Assembly: GCA_963755075.1 (NCBI GenBank)
Contig: CAVWKL010000115.1
Location: 4,563-68,562 of the forward strand
Length of the DNA: 64,000 bases
Origin: an uncultured Alphaproteobacteria bacterium
GTDB taxonomy: Bacteria > Pseudomonadota > Alphaproteobacteria > Rhizobiales > Beijerinckiaceae
Direction: 5' to 3'
Of this stretch, positions 1 to 8,747 are shown piece after piece. Position numbers and translations under genes: made by a program. A model generated the notes under the pieces. The model made no database searches. It saw only the letters and a program-made list of their open reading frames with translations, and was not told the DNA's origin. Position 1 is the first letter of the stretch; every line of letters starts with the position of its first letter.

Positions 1-1353
1 GCGCGGCCGCCGCGATCGGCGAGATCACGCATGACAACGTCTTCGAGGGGCTGACGAAGATTAACGAGGATTTCTCGGTCACGCCGTTGCTGGCGGAAAA
101 ATGGAGCTTTTCGCCCGACCTCAAGACACTGACCTTCACGTTGCGTCGGGGCGTCAAGTTCCAAGACGGCGAGATCTTCTCTTCCAAGGACGTAAAATTC
201 TCCTTCGAGCGCGCCGCGGCGAAGGACTCGACCAACAAGGACAAGGCCTTCTTCGCGACGATCGATTCGATCGAGGCCGGCGATCCAGACGTCGTCAAGC
301 TCACTTTCAAGAACCCGAGCTTCGAAGCGCTGTTTCATCTCGGCCTGAACACGGCGGTGATCGTCGACGAAAAGAGCGCGGCGACCGAGGCGACCAATCC
401 GATCGGCACCGGACCCTACAAGCTCGCCGCCTGGAACAAAGGCGCCTTCGTCACGCTCGACAAATGGGACGGCTTCCGCGACGCGGCCAAGACCGCCATC
501 GCGCATGCAAAGTTCGTCTTCATCAGCGATCCTTCGGCGGAGGTCGCGGCCATGCTCGCCGGAGAGATCGACGCCTTCCCGCGATTCGCCGCTGTCCAGA
601 ACGTCCCGCAGTTCCAGAGCGATCCCCGTTTCCGGGTGCTGATCGGAGGCACCGAGGGCAAGACGATCTTGGCGATCGACAACAAGCGCAAGCCGCTCGA
701 CGATTTGCGCGTGCGCCAGGCCATCGCCTACGCGATCGACCGCAAGGCGATCATCGATGGCGCAATGAACGGATTCGGCGCGCCGATCGGCAGCCACGTC
801 ACGCCCAACGACCCCGGCTATGTCGATCTGACCGGCGAATATCCGCACGACCCGGCCAAGGCGAAGGAGTTGCTGAAGGCGGCCGGGGTCGAGACGCCGC
901 TTGCGCTGACGCTGACCTTGCCGCCGCCCGATTACGCCCGCAAGAGCGGCGAGATCATCGCCGCTGAGCTCGCCGACGTCGGCGTCAACGCGAAAATCGA
1001 GAACGTCGAATGGGCTCAATGGTTGTCGGGAATCTATAAGGCGCACAACTTCGATCTGACGATCATCAGTCACGTCGAACCGCTCGATATCGGCATCTAC
1101 GCCAACCCCGGCTATTATTTCCAATACGACAGCCCGGCCTTCCGCGAGATTTTCGCTCGAACTCGAGGCGGCGCCGGACCTCGACGCGTTCAAAATAGCG
1201 ATCGGCGAAGCCCAGCGCAAAATAGCCGACGACTGCGTCAACGCGTTCCTGTTCCAGTTGCCGAACATCGTCGTCGCCGACGCGAAGCTGCAGGGCGTGT
1301 GGAAGAACGCGCCGATCTTCGTCAACGACCTTTCGGCGCTTTCGTGGCAATAG
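1..1353 (+). CDS. ABC transporter substrate-binding protein, family 5 (DppA/OppA-like); 5' end outside the window; apparent +1 frameshift near 1158
   Basis: The frame is open from base 3 (AAAAIGEITHDNVFEGL). Motifs include FTLRRGVKFQDG, PIGTGPYK and VRQAIAYAIDR. The C-terminus (ELEAAPDLDAFK...NDLSALSWQ, TAG 1351-1353) continues in the +1 frame after base 1158. Confidence 0.85.
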
Positions 1354-1474
1354 GGCAAGGGCCTGCGAGTCCCCGCGTCTCTCCGCTTGCGCCCGCCAAA
1401 CGCCTTACGTTTGCGGCGGAGAGGTTATGCGAAAGGTGGGGCGATTTGCCGCTCCGATCGAATGTGAATCTCTG

Positions 1475-2881
1475 ATGCGCCCTTTCCAACTCAGCGCCGT
1501 CGCGCTGCTCGACGCCTATCGCGACGGCGACCTTTCGCCGCTCGAGGCAATGCGCGACGTATTGCAACGCGTCGCGCGCTTCGAGCCGCATATTCACGCC
1601 ACGTATCTCCTCGCGCCCGAGCGCGCGCTCGCGCAAGCGCGCGCCGCCGAGGAACGCTGGCGTCGCGGCGCGCCGATGGGGCCGCTCGACGGCGTGCCGG
1701 CGACCGTCAAGGAGAACATCGCCACCAAGGGCGAGCCGACGCCGCTGGGCACGGCGGCGAACGCGCTTGAGCCCGCCACGGCCGATGCGCCGCCGGCGGC
1801 GAGATTGCGTGAGGCCGGCGCGATTCTTTTCGCCAAAACGACGATGCCGGATTACGGTATGTTGTCGTCAGGCCTTTCGAGCTTTCATCCCTTGGCGCGC
1901 AATCCATGGCATGTCAGCCGCAATCCCGGCGGCTCGTCGGCGGGCGCGGCGGCCGCGGCGGCGGCGGGGTACGGCCCGCTGCATCTGGGCACCGACATCG
2001 GCGGCTCGGTGCGCCTTCCCGCGGGGTGGTGCGGTCTTTTCGGGCTGAAGCCGAGCGCCGGCCGCGTGGCGATTGACCCGCCCTATATCGGGCGCGTCGC
2101 CGGGCCGCTGACGCGCAGCGTCGCCGACGCGGCGCTGATGATGGCGACTCTGTCCCTTCCCGATGCGCGCGACTACACGAGCCTGCCGCCGCAGCGCCTG
2201 GATTGGCGCATAAGCCCTGCTGAGCTCAACGGCCTGCGCATTGGCCTCATCATGGAAGCCGGCTGTGGAGATCCGGCGACGGCGGCGGTCCGCGCCGCCG
2301 TCGAGCGCGCGGCGCGCGATGCCGCCGCCGCCGGCGCGGTCGTCGAGCCGCTCAAGCCGTTTCTGACCCAAGAGATGCTCGACGGCCTCGACCGCTTCTG
2401 GCGCATGCGATCACTGATCGACCTTCGCGCCCTGCCGCCGGCGCGGCGCGAGAAGGTTTTGCCGTTCATCCGCGCCTGGGCCGAATCGGCGGCCGGCCTC
2501 AGCGGCGAGACACTATTTCACGGCTTCAGCCAGATCATGGCGATGCGCAAGGCGGCGGCCATTGCGACGCAGCCCTATGATTTCGTGCTGTCGCCCACCG
2601 CGCCGATCACGGCGTATCCGGCCGAGCGGGCCTCGCCGAGCGACGATCCGCTCAATCCGTTTTCGCACATCGGCTTCACGGTCGCCTTCAACATGTCGGA
2701 GCAGCCGGCGGCGACGATCAATTGCGGCTACGACGACGAAGGCCTGCCGATCGGCCTGCAGATCGTCGGTCGGCGCTTCGACGATATCGGCGTGCTCAGC
2801 GTCGCCATGACGTTCGAGGCGATGCGGGCGCCCGAGAGGCGCCCCTGGCCCGAGCCGCCGCAGGAGGCGGCGCAATCCTAA
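1475..2881 (+). CDS. Amidase signature family protein
   Basis: PLDGVPATVKENI, NPGGSSAG and GTDIGGSVRLPA (Ser-cisSer-Lys triad); GLPIGLQIVG near the C-terminus. Confidence 0.92.
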   Translation: MRPFQLSAVALLDAYRDGDLSPLEAMRDVLQRVARFEPHIHATYLLAPERALAQARAAEERWRRGAPMGPLDGVPATVKENIATKGEPTPLGTAANALEPATADAPPAARLREAGAILFAKTTMPDYGMLSSGLSSFHPLARNPWHVSRNPGGSSAGAAAAAAAGYGPLHLGTDIGGSVRLPAGWCGLFGLKPSAGRVAIDPPYIGRVAGPLTRSVADAALMMATLSLPDARDYTSLPPQRLDWRISPAELNGLRIGLIMEAGCGDPATAAVRAAVERAARDAAAAGAVVEPLKPFLTQEMLDGLDRFWRMRSLIDLRALPPARREKVLPFIRAWAESAAGLSGETLFHGFSQIMAMRKAAAIATQPYDFVLSPTAPITAYPAERASPSDDPLNPFSHIGFTVAFNMSEQPAATINCGYDDEGLPIGLQIVGRRFDDIGVLSVAMTFEAMRAPERRPWPEPPQEAAQS

Positions 2882-2907
2882 CGCAGCTGGGACCGGGGGG
2901 AAACACA

Positions 2908-3717
2908 ATGAACGACTATTCCAAGATCTTCGATCTGAGCGGCCGCCGGGCCCTGGTGATCGGCGGCGCAAGCGGCATCGGCCGCGCGAGTTGTTTCGGC
3001 CTGGCGAGCTTCGGCGCGCATGTGATTTGCGCCGACCTCGACCTGGCCAAGGCGGACGAGGCGGCGCATGCGATCAATGCCGATGGTCACGCGGCCGAGG
3101 CGCTGCGAATCGATCTTTGTGACGCCGCCAGCGTAGCCGCAGCCGCAAAAACCGTCGGCGTGGTCGATGTCCTCGTCGTCTCGCCCTCGATCAACGTACG
3201 CAAGCCGCTTCTCGACGTCACCGAGGAGGAATTCGATCGTGTCGTCGGCCTGAACCTGAAAGGCGTTTTCCACGCGCTCAGGACTTTCGCGCCCGGCATG
3301 GCGACGCGCGGGAAAGGGAGCATCATCGTGTTCTCCAGCGTGCGCGCCCAGGTCGTCGAGCCGGGACAAGGCGTTTACGCGGCCACCAAGGCGGGCGCGC
3401 TACAGATGACCCGAGCGCTGGCCGCCGAGCTCGGCGAATCCGGGGTGCGCGCCAACGTCATCGCGCCCGGAGTTGTCGAGACCCCGCTCACCCAGCAGAT
3501 CAAGCAGAACGAAGCGTGGTATCGCGCTTACGCCGACAAATCGATACTGAAGCGATGGGCCGACCCTTCCGAACTGGTCGGCGCAGTGGTGTTCCTCGCC
3601 TCTGACGCCAGCTCCTACGTCACCGGGTCCTATCTGCTGGTCGACGGCGGCTGGACCGCCGCGGACGGCCAATTCATGCCGCCGCTGCCCAAGAGTTCGG
3701 ACGCCAAGCCCGCGTAA
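2908..3717 (+). CDS. SDR family NAD(P)-dependent oxidoreductase
   Basis: GGASGIG Rossmann motif, YAATK catalytic motif, NVIAPG and VDGG. The ATG follows a purine-rich RBS. Confidence 0.92.
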   Translation: MNDYSKIFDLSGRRALVIGGASGIGRASCFGLASFGAHVICADLDLAKADEAAHAINADGHAAEALRIDLCDAASVAAAAKTVGVVDVLVVSPSINVRKPLLDVTEEEFDRVVGLNLKGVFHALRTFAPGMATRGKGSIIVFSSVRAQVVEPGQGVYAATKAGALQMTRALAAELGESGVRANVIAPGVVETPLTQQIKQNEAWYRAYADKSILKRWADPSELVGAVVFLASDASSYVTGSYLLVDGGWTAADGQFMPPLPKSSDAKPA

Positions 3718-3739
3718 CGGCGCGCCGACTTCGCGCCGC
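3718..3739. terminator. Short GC hairpin between convergent SDR genes
   Basis: CGGCGCG...CGCGCCG inverted repeat in the 23-bp gap between two converging stops; no U tract. Confidence 0.35.
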
Positions 3740-3740
3740 T

Positions 3741-4484
3741 CTATAGCGCGAAGCCGCCGTCGATGAGATGAACTTGCCCGGTCGTATAGGCGCTTTCGTC
3801 CGAGGCGAGATAGATCGCCAGCATGGCGACTTCCTGCGGTTTGCCGATCCGGCCCATCGGCTGACGATCGACGAAGGCCTGGCGCACGGCCTCGATCGGC
3901 TGCTTCGTCTCCGCGCTGAGCGCGACGATGCGCTGGTCGAGCGACGGGCTCGCCACCGTGCCGGGGCAAATCGCGTTGCAACGCACGCCGCGACGAATGA
4001 AATCGGCGGCCACCGACTTGGTCAGGCCGATCACCGCCGCCTTCGAGGCCCCATAGACGTAACGATTGGGGATGCCGCGCACCGAGGAGGCGCCGGAGGC
4101 GACGTTGACGATCGAGCCGCCGCCCTTTTCCAGCATGCCCGGCAGGAACGCCCGGATCGTACGGTGCATCGATTTGACGTTGAGGTCGAAGGAGAAGTCC
4201 CAATCGGCGTCCGAGCAATCGAGCACGCTGCCATGGTGCACGAACCCGGCGCAGTTGAATAGGATGTCGATCGGTCCGACTTCGCGCGCCAGCGCTTCGA
4301 CCGCCTCACTGGAACGGACGTCGAGCCGGCGCCGTTCGGCCTCGAGCCCAGCCAGGCCGTCAAGATCGAGATCGGTGGCGATCACCCGCGCGCCTTCGGC
4401 GACGAACGCTTCGGCGGTCGCTCGTCCGATGCCCGCCGCCGCAGCGGTCAGCAACGCCACTTTGTCCTTCAATCGCAACGCCAC
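3741..4484 (-). CDS. SDR oxidoreductase, BDH2/2-keto-3-deoxy-L-fuconate dehydrogenase-like
   Basis: TAAAAGIG, LFNCAGFVHHGSVLDC, YGASK, CPGTVASPSL and RQPMGRIG. GTG start 6 nt after GGAG. Confidence 0.88.
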   Translation of the reverse strand: MALRLKDKVALLTAAAAGIGRATAEAFVAEGARVIATDLDLDGLAGLEAERRRLDVRSSEAVEALAREVGPIDILFNCAGFVHHGSVLDCSDADWDFSFDLNVKSMHRTIRAFLPGMLEKGGGSIVNVASGASSVRGIPNRYVYGASKAAVIGLTKSVAADFIRRGVRCNAICPGTVASPSLDQRIVALSAETKQPIEAVRQAFVDRQPMGRIGKPQEVAMLAIYLASDESAYTTGQVHLIDGGFAL

Positions 4485-4653
4485 GCTCGGCTCCAGGACT
4501 CTTGCGCGGGCCACCGCTTCCGGCGTCCCTCGGTGAACCGATCATCACATTGTCCGCCGCCGCGCAAGTGCGGCGCGGGCTTTAACGTTTTCGCGGCGCG
4601 CGGTTATCACGCCGAGGGGTTGGGCGAGGAGAGCGCCGCGCCCCGACAGGCGA

Positions 4654-4881
4654 TCAGGCGGTGTGCTTAATCAGGAAGCGATAGACGCCCGCGTTCGACG
4701 TCGATTCCACCAACTGAGTCCCGGTGGCGCGGCAGAACGCCTCGAAGTCTGCGACCGCGCCGGGGTCGGTGGCGAGAATTTCGACGGTCCCGCCCGCAGG
4801 AATCTCCTTCAGCGCCTTTTTCGCACGCAAAATCGGCAGCGGGCAATTCAATCCCCTTACGTCGAGCGTCTTGTCGGCCAC
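4654..4881 (-). CDS. tusA: TusA/SirA family sulfurtransferase
   Basis: LDVRGLNCPLPIL (CPxP motif) and ATDPGAVADF; 75 aa. Confidence 0.93.
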   Translation of the reverse strand: MADKTLDVRGLNCPLPILRAKKALKEIPAGGTVEILATDPGAVADFEAFCRATGTQLVESTSNAGVYRFLIKHTA

Positions 4882-5194
4882 TGGCGTTTCTCCGCCTCAG
4901 GTTTGTTAGTTCGACGTGTCGTCACAAGCAAATAAATGCTGGCGGGCGCGACGGCGTCGTCAATGGCAATCCGCTTGCGGGCTTCAGCCATTTGCGCGAC
5001 ACCTCCCGCCATCATTGGCTGCGGCGGTTCGTCGTCTTTGTCCGCCAGCATGGCGAACGCCAGGGGCAAAGCCGATCTCGGGCCTAAGTCTTGGTCGACT
5101 TAGACCCGCGGCGCGCCGGCGTCTATTCGGCGCGCCAGTCGGCGGGGTAAGAGCGAAGCGCTTCGATCGTGCAATGGCGAAGATCAGGAATCCG

Positions 5195-6628
5195 ATGGAG
5201 ACACTTCCAGTTTTTCTGCGCGTTGCGGGCAAGCGGGCGGCCGTCGTCGGCGGCGAATCGGCAGCGGCGCGCCGAGTCGAGACGCTCGCGCGCGCTGGCG
5301 CGTCGGTGAGCGTCTTCGCCGCCAAGCTCGGCGACGAGTTCGGCGCTTGGCGCGACAAGCCGGCGTTCCGACACGTCGCGCGCGAACCGACGGCCGCCGA
5401 TCTCGCCGGCTATGTCCTCTGCTACGTCGCAACCGGCGACGACGCCGCCGACGCGCGCGTCTTCGAAGCGATCCGCGGCGCGCCGACGCTGATCAACGTC
5501 GCCGACCAACCGGACCTCTGCGACTTCATCGCGCCCTCCGTCGTTCACCGCGACCCGCTTGTGGTCGCCATTTCCACCGGCGGCGCTTCGCCAATGCTCG
5601 GCCGTATGCTCAAGGCGCGCCTGGAAAGCACGATCCCGGCCGCCTATGGACGGCTTGCCGCGTTCATGGGCAAGTCGCGCGCGCTCGTCGGCGCGACGCT
5701 CAATGACGCTCGGGCGCGCCGTCGCTTCTGGGAGCGCGTCCTCGAAGGCCCGATCGCCGAAATGGTTCTCGCCAACAACGAACCGGCGGCCGAGGCGGCG
5801 CTCGTAAGCGAAATCGAAGGCGAGACGGCTGGGAAAGACATCGCGCCGAGCGGCGAAGTCTATCTCGTCGGCGCCGGGCCGGGCAATCCCGACCTGCTGA
5901 CCTTCCGCGCACTGCGCCTGATGCAGAAGGCCGACGTCGTGCTTTACGATCGCCTGGTCGGTCCGGGCGTCATCGATCTGGTGCGCCGCGAGGCCGAACG
6001 GATCTATGTCGGCAAGCGGCGCGCCGATCACACCCTGCCGCAAGAGGAAATCGGCGAACTGCTGGTGCGGCTGGCGCAATCGGGCAAGCGCGTCCTGCGG
6101 CTGAAGGGCGGCGATCCCTTTATCTTCGGCCGCGGCGGCGAAGAAATCGAAAAGCTCGCCGACCATAACATCCCGTTTCAAGTCTGCCCCGGCATAACCG
6201 CCGCGGCGGCATGCTCCGCTTACGCCGGCATTCCCCTCACCCATCGCGATCATGCGCAGGCCTGCGTCTTCGTCACCGGTCACGGCAAGAATGGACCGAT
6301 CGATCTCGATTGGAGCGCGCTGATCCGTCCGAACCAAACCATCGCGGTTTATATGGGGCTCGGCCATCTCGAGGAATTGGCGGCGGCGTTCGTCGCCCAC
6401 GGGGCCGATCCCAACCTTCCCGCCGCTGTCGTCGACAACGGGGCCCGCGTCAACCAGCGCGTCGTCGCCGGAACCCTGGCCACGATCGCGGGGCAAGCGC
6501 GGGCCGCAGCCTTGCGCGGCCCGACGATCATCATCGTCGGCACGGTCGTCGCCTTGCGCGACAAGTTGAGCTGGTACGCGGGGGACCGCGGCGCGGAACA
6601 GGAAAGAGGGGAACGGCATGGCGAATGA
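5195..6628 (+). CDS. cysG: Siroheme synthase CysG (dehydrogenase/chelatase plus uroporphyrinogen-III methyltransferase)
   Basis: LPVFL, NVADQPDLCDFI, AISTGGASP, VYLVGAGPGNPDLLT and RLKGGDPFIFGRGGEE. Alternative start at 5174. Confidence 0.93.
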   Translation: METLPVFLRVAGKRAAVVGGESAAARRVETLARAGASVSVFAAKLGDEFGAWRDKPAFRHVAREPTAADLAGYVLCYVATGDDAADARVFEAIRGAPTLINVADQPDLCDFIAPSVVHRDPLVVAISTGGASPMLGRMLKARLESTIPAAYGRLAAFMGKSRALVGATLNDARARRRFWERVLEGPIAEMVLANNEPAAEAALVSEIEGETAGKDIAPSGEVYLVGAGPGNPDLLTFRALRLMQKADVVLYDRLVGPGVIDLVRREAERIYVGKRRADHTLPQEEIGELLVRLAQSGKRVLRLKGGDPFIFGRGGEEIEKLADHNIPFQVCPGITAAAACSAYAGIPLTHRDHAQACVFVTGHGKNGPIDLDWSALIRPNQTIAVYMGLGHLEELAAAFVAHGADPNLPAAVVDNGARVNQRVVAGTLATIAGQARAAALRGPTIIIVGTVVALRDKLSWYAGDRGAEQERGERHGE

Positions 6629-6752
6629 TTTCGAGGGCCAATCGATCGAGACCACCGCGACCGGCTATCTCCGCAACCCTGACGACTGGAGCCAATCTCT
6701 CGGAGAACGCGTCGCTCAACCGCCGGAAAGCCGACGCAAAGGCTGGCATTGA
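6618..6752 (+). pseudogene. Truncated DsrC/TusE-family sulfur carrier (44 aa, N-terminal part only)
   Basis: MANDFEGQSIETTATGYLRNPDDWS matches the DsrC/TusE N-terminus (FEG..IET...GYL....WS). It overlaps the cysG end behind a GAGGGG RBS and stops before the C-terminal Cys arm. Not in the ORF track. Confidence 0.7.
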
Positions 6753-6788
6753 GGCGACGGACGAAAACGGGAAGCGGAGATCGAGGGC

Positions 6789-7298
6789 ATGAGCGAGCCA
6801 AGCGCGGCACAGACGGAAAACGCCAAGACGATGACGATCATCGTGACGAAGGGGTCGCTGGACTGGGCCTATCCGCCCTTCATCCTCGCCACCACTGCGG
6901 CCACGATGGGCGTTGACGTCACCATGTTCTTCACTTTTTACGGCCTGCCGCTGCTGCTCAAGACGCTCGCTCTACAAGTGACGCCGCTGGGCAACGCGGC
7001 GATGACGATGCCGATGATGGGCATGCACATGGCGATGCCCAACATCGTCGGCGTGATCCCCGGCGTCGACGCCGCGGCGAGCAGGATGATGAAAAACCTG
7101 ATCAAGAAGAAGGGCATTGCCTCGATCGAGGAGCTTCGCGAGGCGGCGGTCGAGTCCGACGTCCATCTGATTGCCTGCCAGATGACGATGGACCTGTTCG
7201 AATACCACGTCGAAGACATGATCCCCGGGGTCAAGCTCGGCGGCGCGGCGACATATATCGAACGCGCGCTGAAATCGGACGTGAACCTGTTCATTTGA
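6789..7298 (+). CDS. dsrE2: DsrE2-type sulfurtransferase (DsrE/DsrF/DrsH-like family)
   Basis: IIVTKGSLDWAYPPFILA, FFTFYGL, KKKGIASIEELRE, IACQMTMDLF and GAATY. Confidence 0.88.
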   Translation: MSEPSAAQTENAKTMTIIVTKGSLDWAYPPFILATTAATMGVDVTMFFTFYGLPLLLKTLALQVTPLGNAAMTMPMMGMHMAMPNIVGVIPGVDAAASRMMKNLIKKKGIASIEELREAAVESDVHLIACQMTMDLFEYHVEDMIPGVKLGGAATYIERALKSDVNLFI

Positions 7299-7368
7299 TC
7301 GCCGCCGCGAGCGGCGACACGGCCGAGGCTCGATGAACGAGCCGGCGCGCTCAACCCAGGATTCCGAC

Positions 7369-7830
7369 CTAAGGCCAGCGGCGCGGCCGCGGCAAATTCG
7401 TCGTCTGAATTGCGCCGTCTCCAATCGCAACCGTCTTGATCATCGCCCAGGCGGACAGGCCCGGCTCCAACCCCAGCCGCTCGACCGACTCGCTGGTGAT
7501 CAAGGCGATGAGCCGTGTCGAGCCCAAGTCGAGGGCGATGCGGACGAAGGGGAGCGCGAGACGCTCGATTTCGACGATCTTGCCCGGCAAGCGATTGGTG
7601 ATCGAAACGTCCATCGGCCGCGACAGGGCGATCGAGACGTCCCGCGCGTCGATGGCGACGCTGACGCCGGTGTCGACCGGCGCGTCGACCATCGGCACGC
7701 GCAATTCGCCGTCGCCAAAATAAAGCGTCGAAAGGCCGTAGGCCGGATCATGCCGCAGAATCCGCGCTTCGAGCCGTGTGACGAATCGGACCGGCGCTGC
7801 GGGTCCGGTCGAGGCGGCGTCCATGGTCAT
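7369..7830 (-). CDS. Stand-alone TOBE/molybdate-binding domain protein (ModC C-terminal-like)
   Basis: HDPAYGLSTL, IDARDVSIALSRP, SITNRLPG and LGLEPG..WAMIKTVA; no ATPase domain. Start uncertain (7830 or 7824). Confidence 0.75.
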   Translation of the reverse strand: MTMDAASTGPAAPVRFVTRLEARILRHDPAYGLSTLYFGDGELRVPMVDAPVDTGVSVAIDARDVSIALSRPMDVSITNRLPGKIVEIERLALPFVRIALDLGSTRLIALITSESVERLGLEPGLSAWAMIKTVAIGDGAIQTTNLPRPRRWP

Positions 7831-8049
7831 TCCCCGCGGGTTCAAGGCCGCCCGCGAAACGGCGCCCATGACGTTTCGGTCGTCGACCTCATCCGCCTTA
7901 ATCCCGCGACACGCGGAAGCGCAAGATGCGCGCCTCGAAAAGCGCCGCGCCAAGGTTGACACACGTCAAGGCGAAGTGACGCGCGGATCGCTAATGATTA
8001 TCCTCAAGGGTCGAAGCCAGTCGCCGCCGCCGAAATCCGGACGGGCGCC

Positions 8050-8745
8050 ATGAACGAAGACGATCGTCCCCTTCGCATAGGGAAGCGAATGCTCCACCGC
8101 CGCGGCGGTGCGACCCGTTCTTTGCCGGGGGAGGAGGAGTCGGGATTGTCCCGGCGGTCGTTCCTCGAATTTTCCACCCTTACGGCGGCCGAGGCGGCGA
8201 TGGTCGGGCTCGCGCGCGCCATCCAGGGCGAGAGCGCGATGGCGCAGGAAGCGAATGCCGCGGCGGCGCGGCCGGACGCCGTTCCCGTCGCGCTCACCGT
8301 CAACGGCGTCGAGCGATCGTTGCAGTTGGAGCCGCGCACGACGCTGGCCGAGGCGTTGCGCGGACCGCTCGGCCTAACCGGCGTCAAGATTGCCTGCAAT
8401 CGTGGCGCTTGCTCCGCATGCACGGTATGGCTCGACGGCGCGCCGGTCTGCTCTTGCATGACGCTGGCGGTCGAGGTCGGCGCGCGCAAGGTCACCACGA
8501 TCGAAGGGCTCGCCGAGGGCGACGCGCTCCATGCGGTGCAGGCGGCCTTCATCGCCCACGACGCGGTGCAATGCGGATTCTGCACGCCCGGCATGATCAT
8601 GAGCTGTGCGGCGTTGCTGGAGCGCAATCCCAACCCAACCGTCGATGACGTCGAACTCGCGATTTCCGGACATCTTTGCCGATGCGGAACCTACCCGCAT
8701 GTCGTCGCCGCGACGCTCGCGGCGGCTGAGATGCGAAAGGGCTGA
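8050..8745 (+). CDS. 2Fe-2S subunit of a xanthine dehydrogenase-family aldehyde oxidoreductase (PaoA/YagT-like) with Tat signal
   Basis: SRRSFL twin-arginine motif; CNRGACSACT..CSC, QCGFCTPG and LCRCG. Confidence 0.9.
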   Translation: MNEDDRPLRIGKRMLHRRGGATRSLPGEEESGLSRRSFLEFSTLTAAEAAMVGLARAIQGESAMAQEANAAAARPDAVPVALTVNGVERSLQLEPRTTLAEALRGPLGLTGVKIACNRGACSACTVWLDGAPVCSCMTLAVEVGARKVTTIEGLAEGDALHAVQAAFIAHDAVQCGFCTPGMIMSCAALLERNPNPTVDDVELAISGHLCRCGTYPHVVAATLAAAEMRKG

Positions 8746-8747
8746 CG

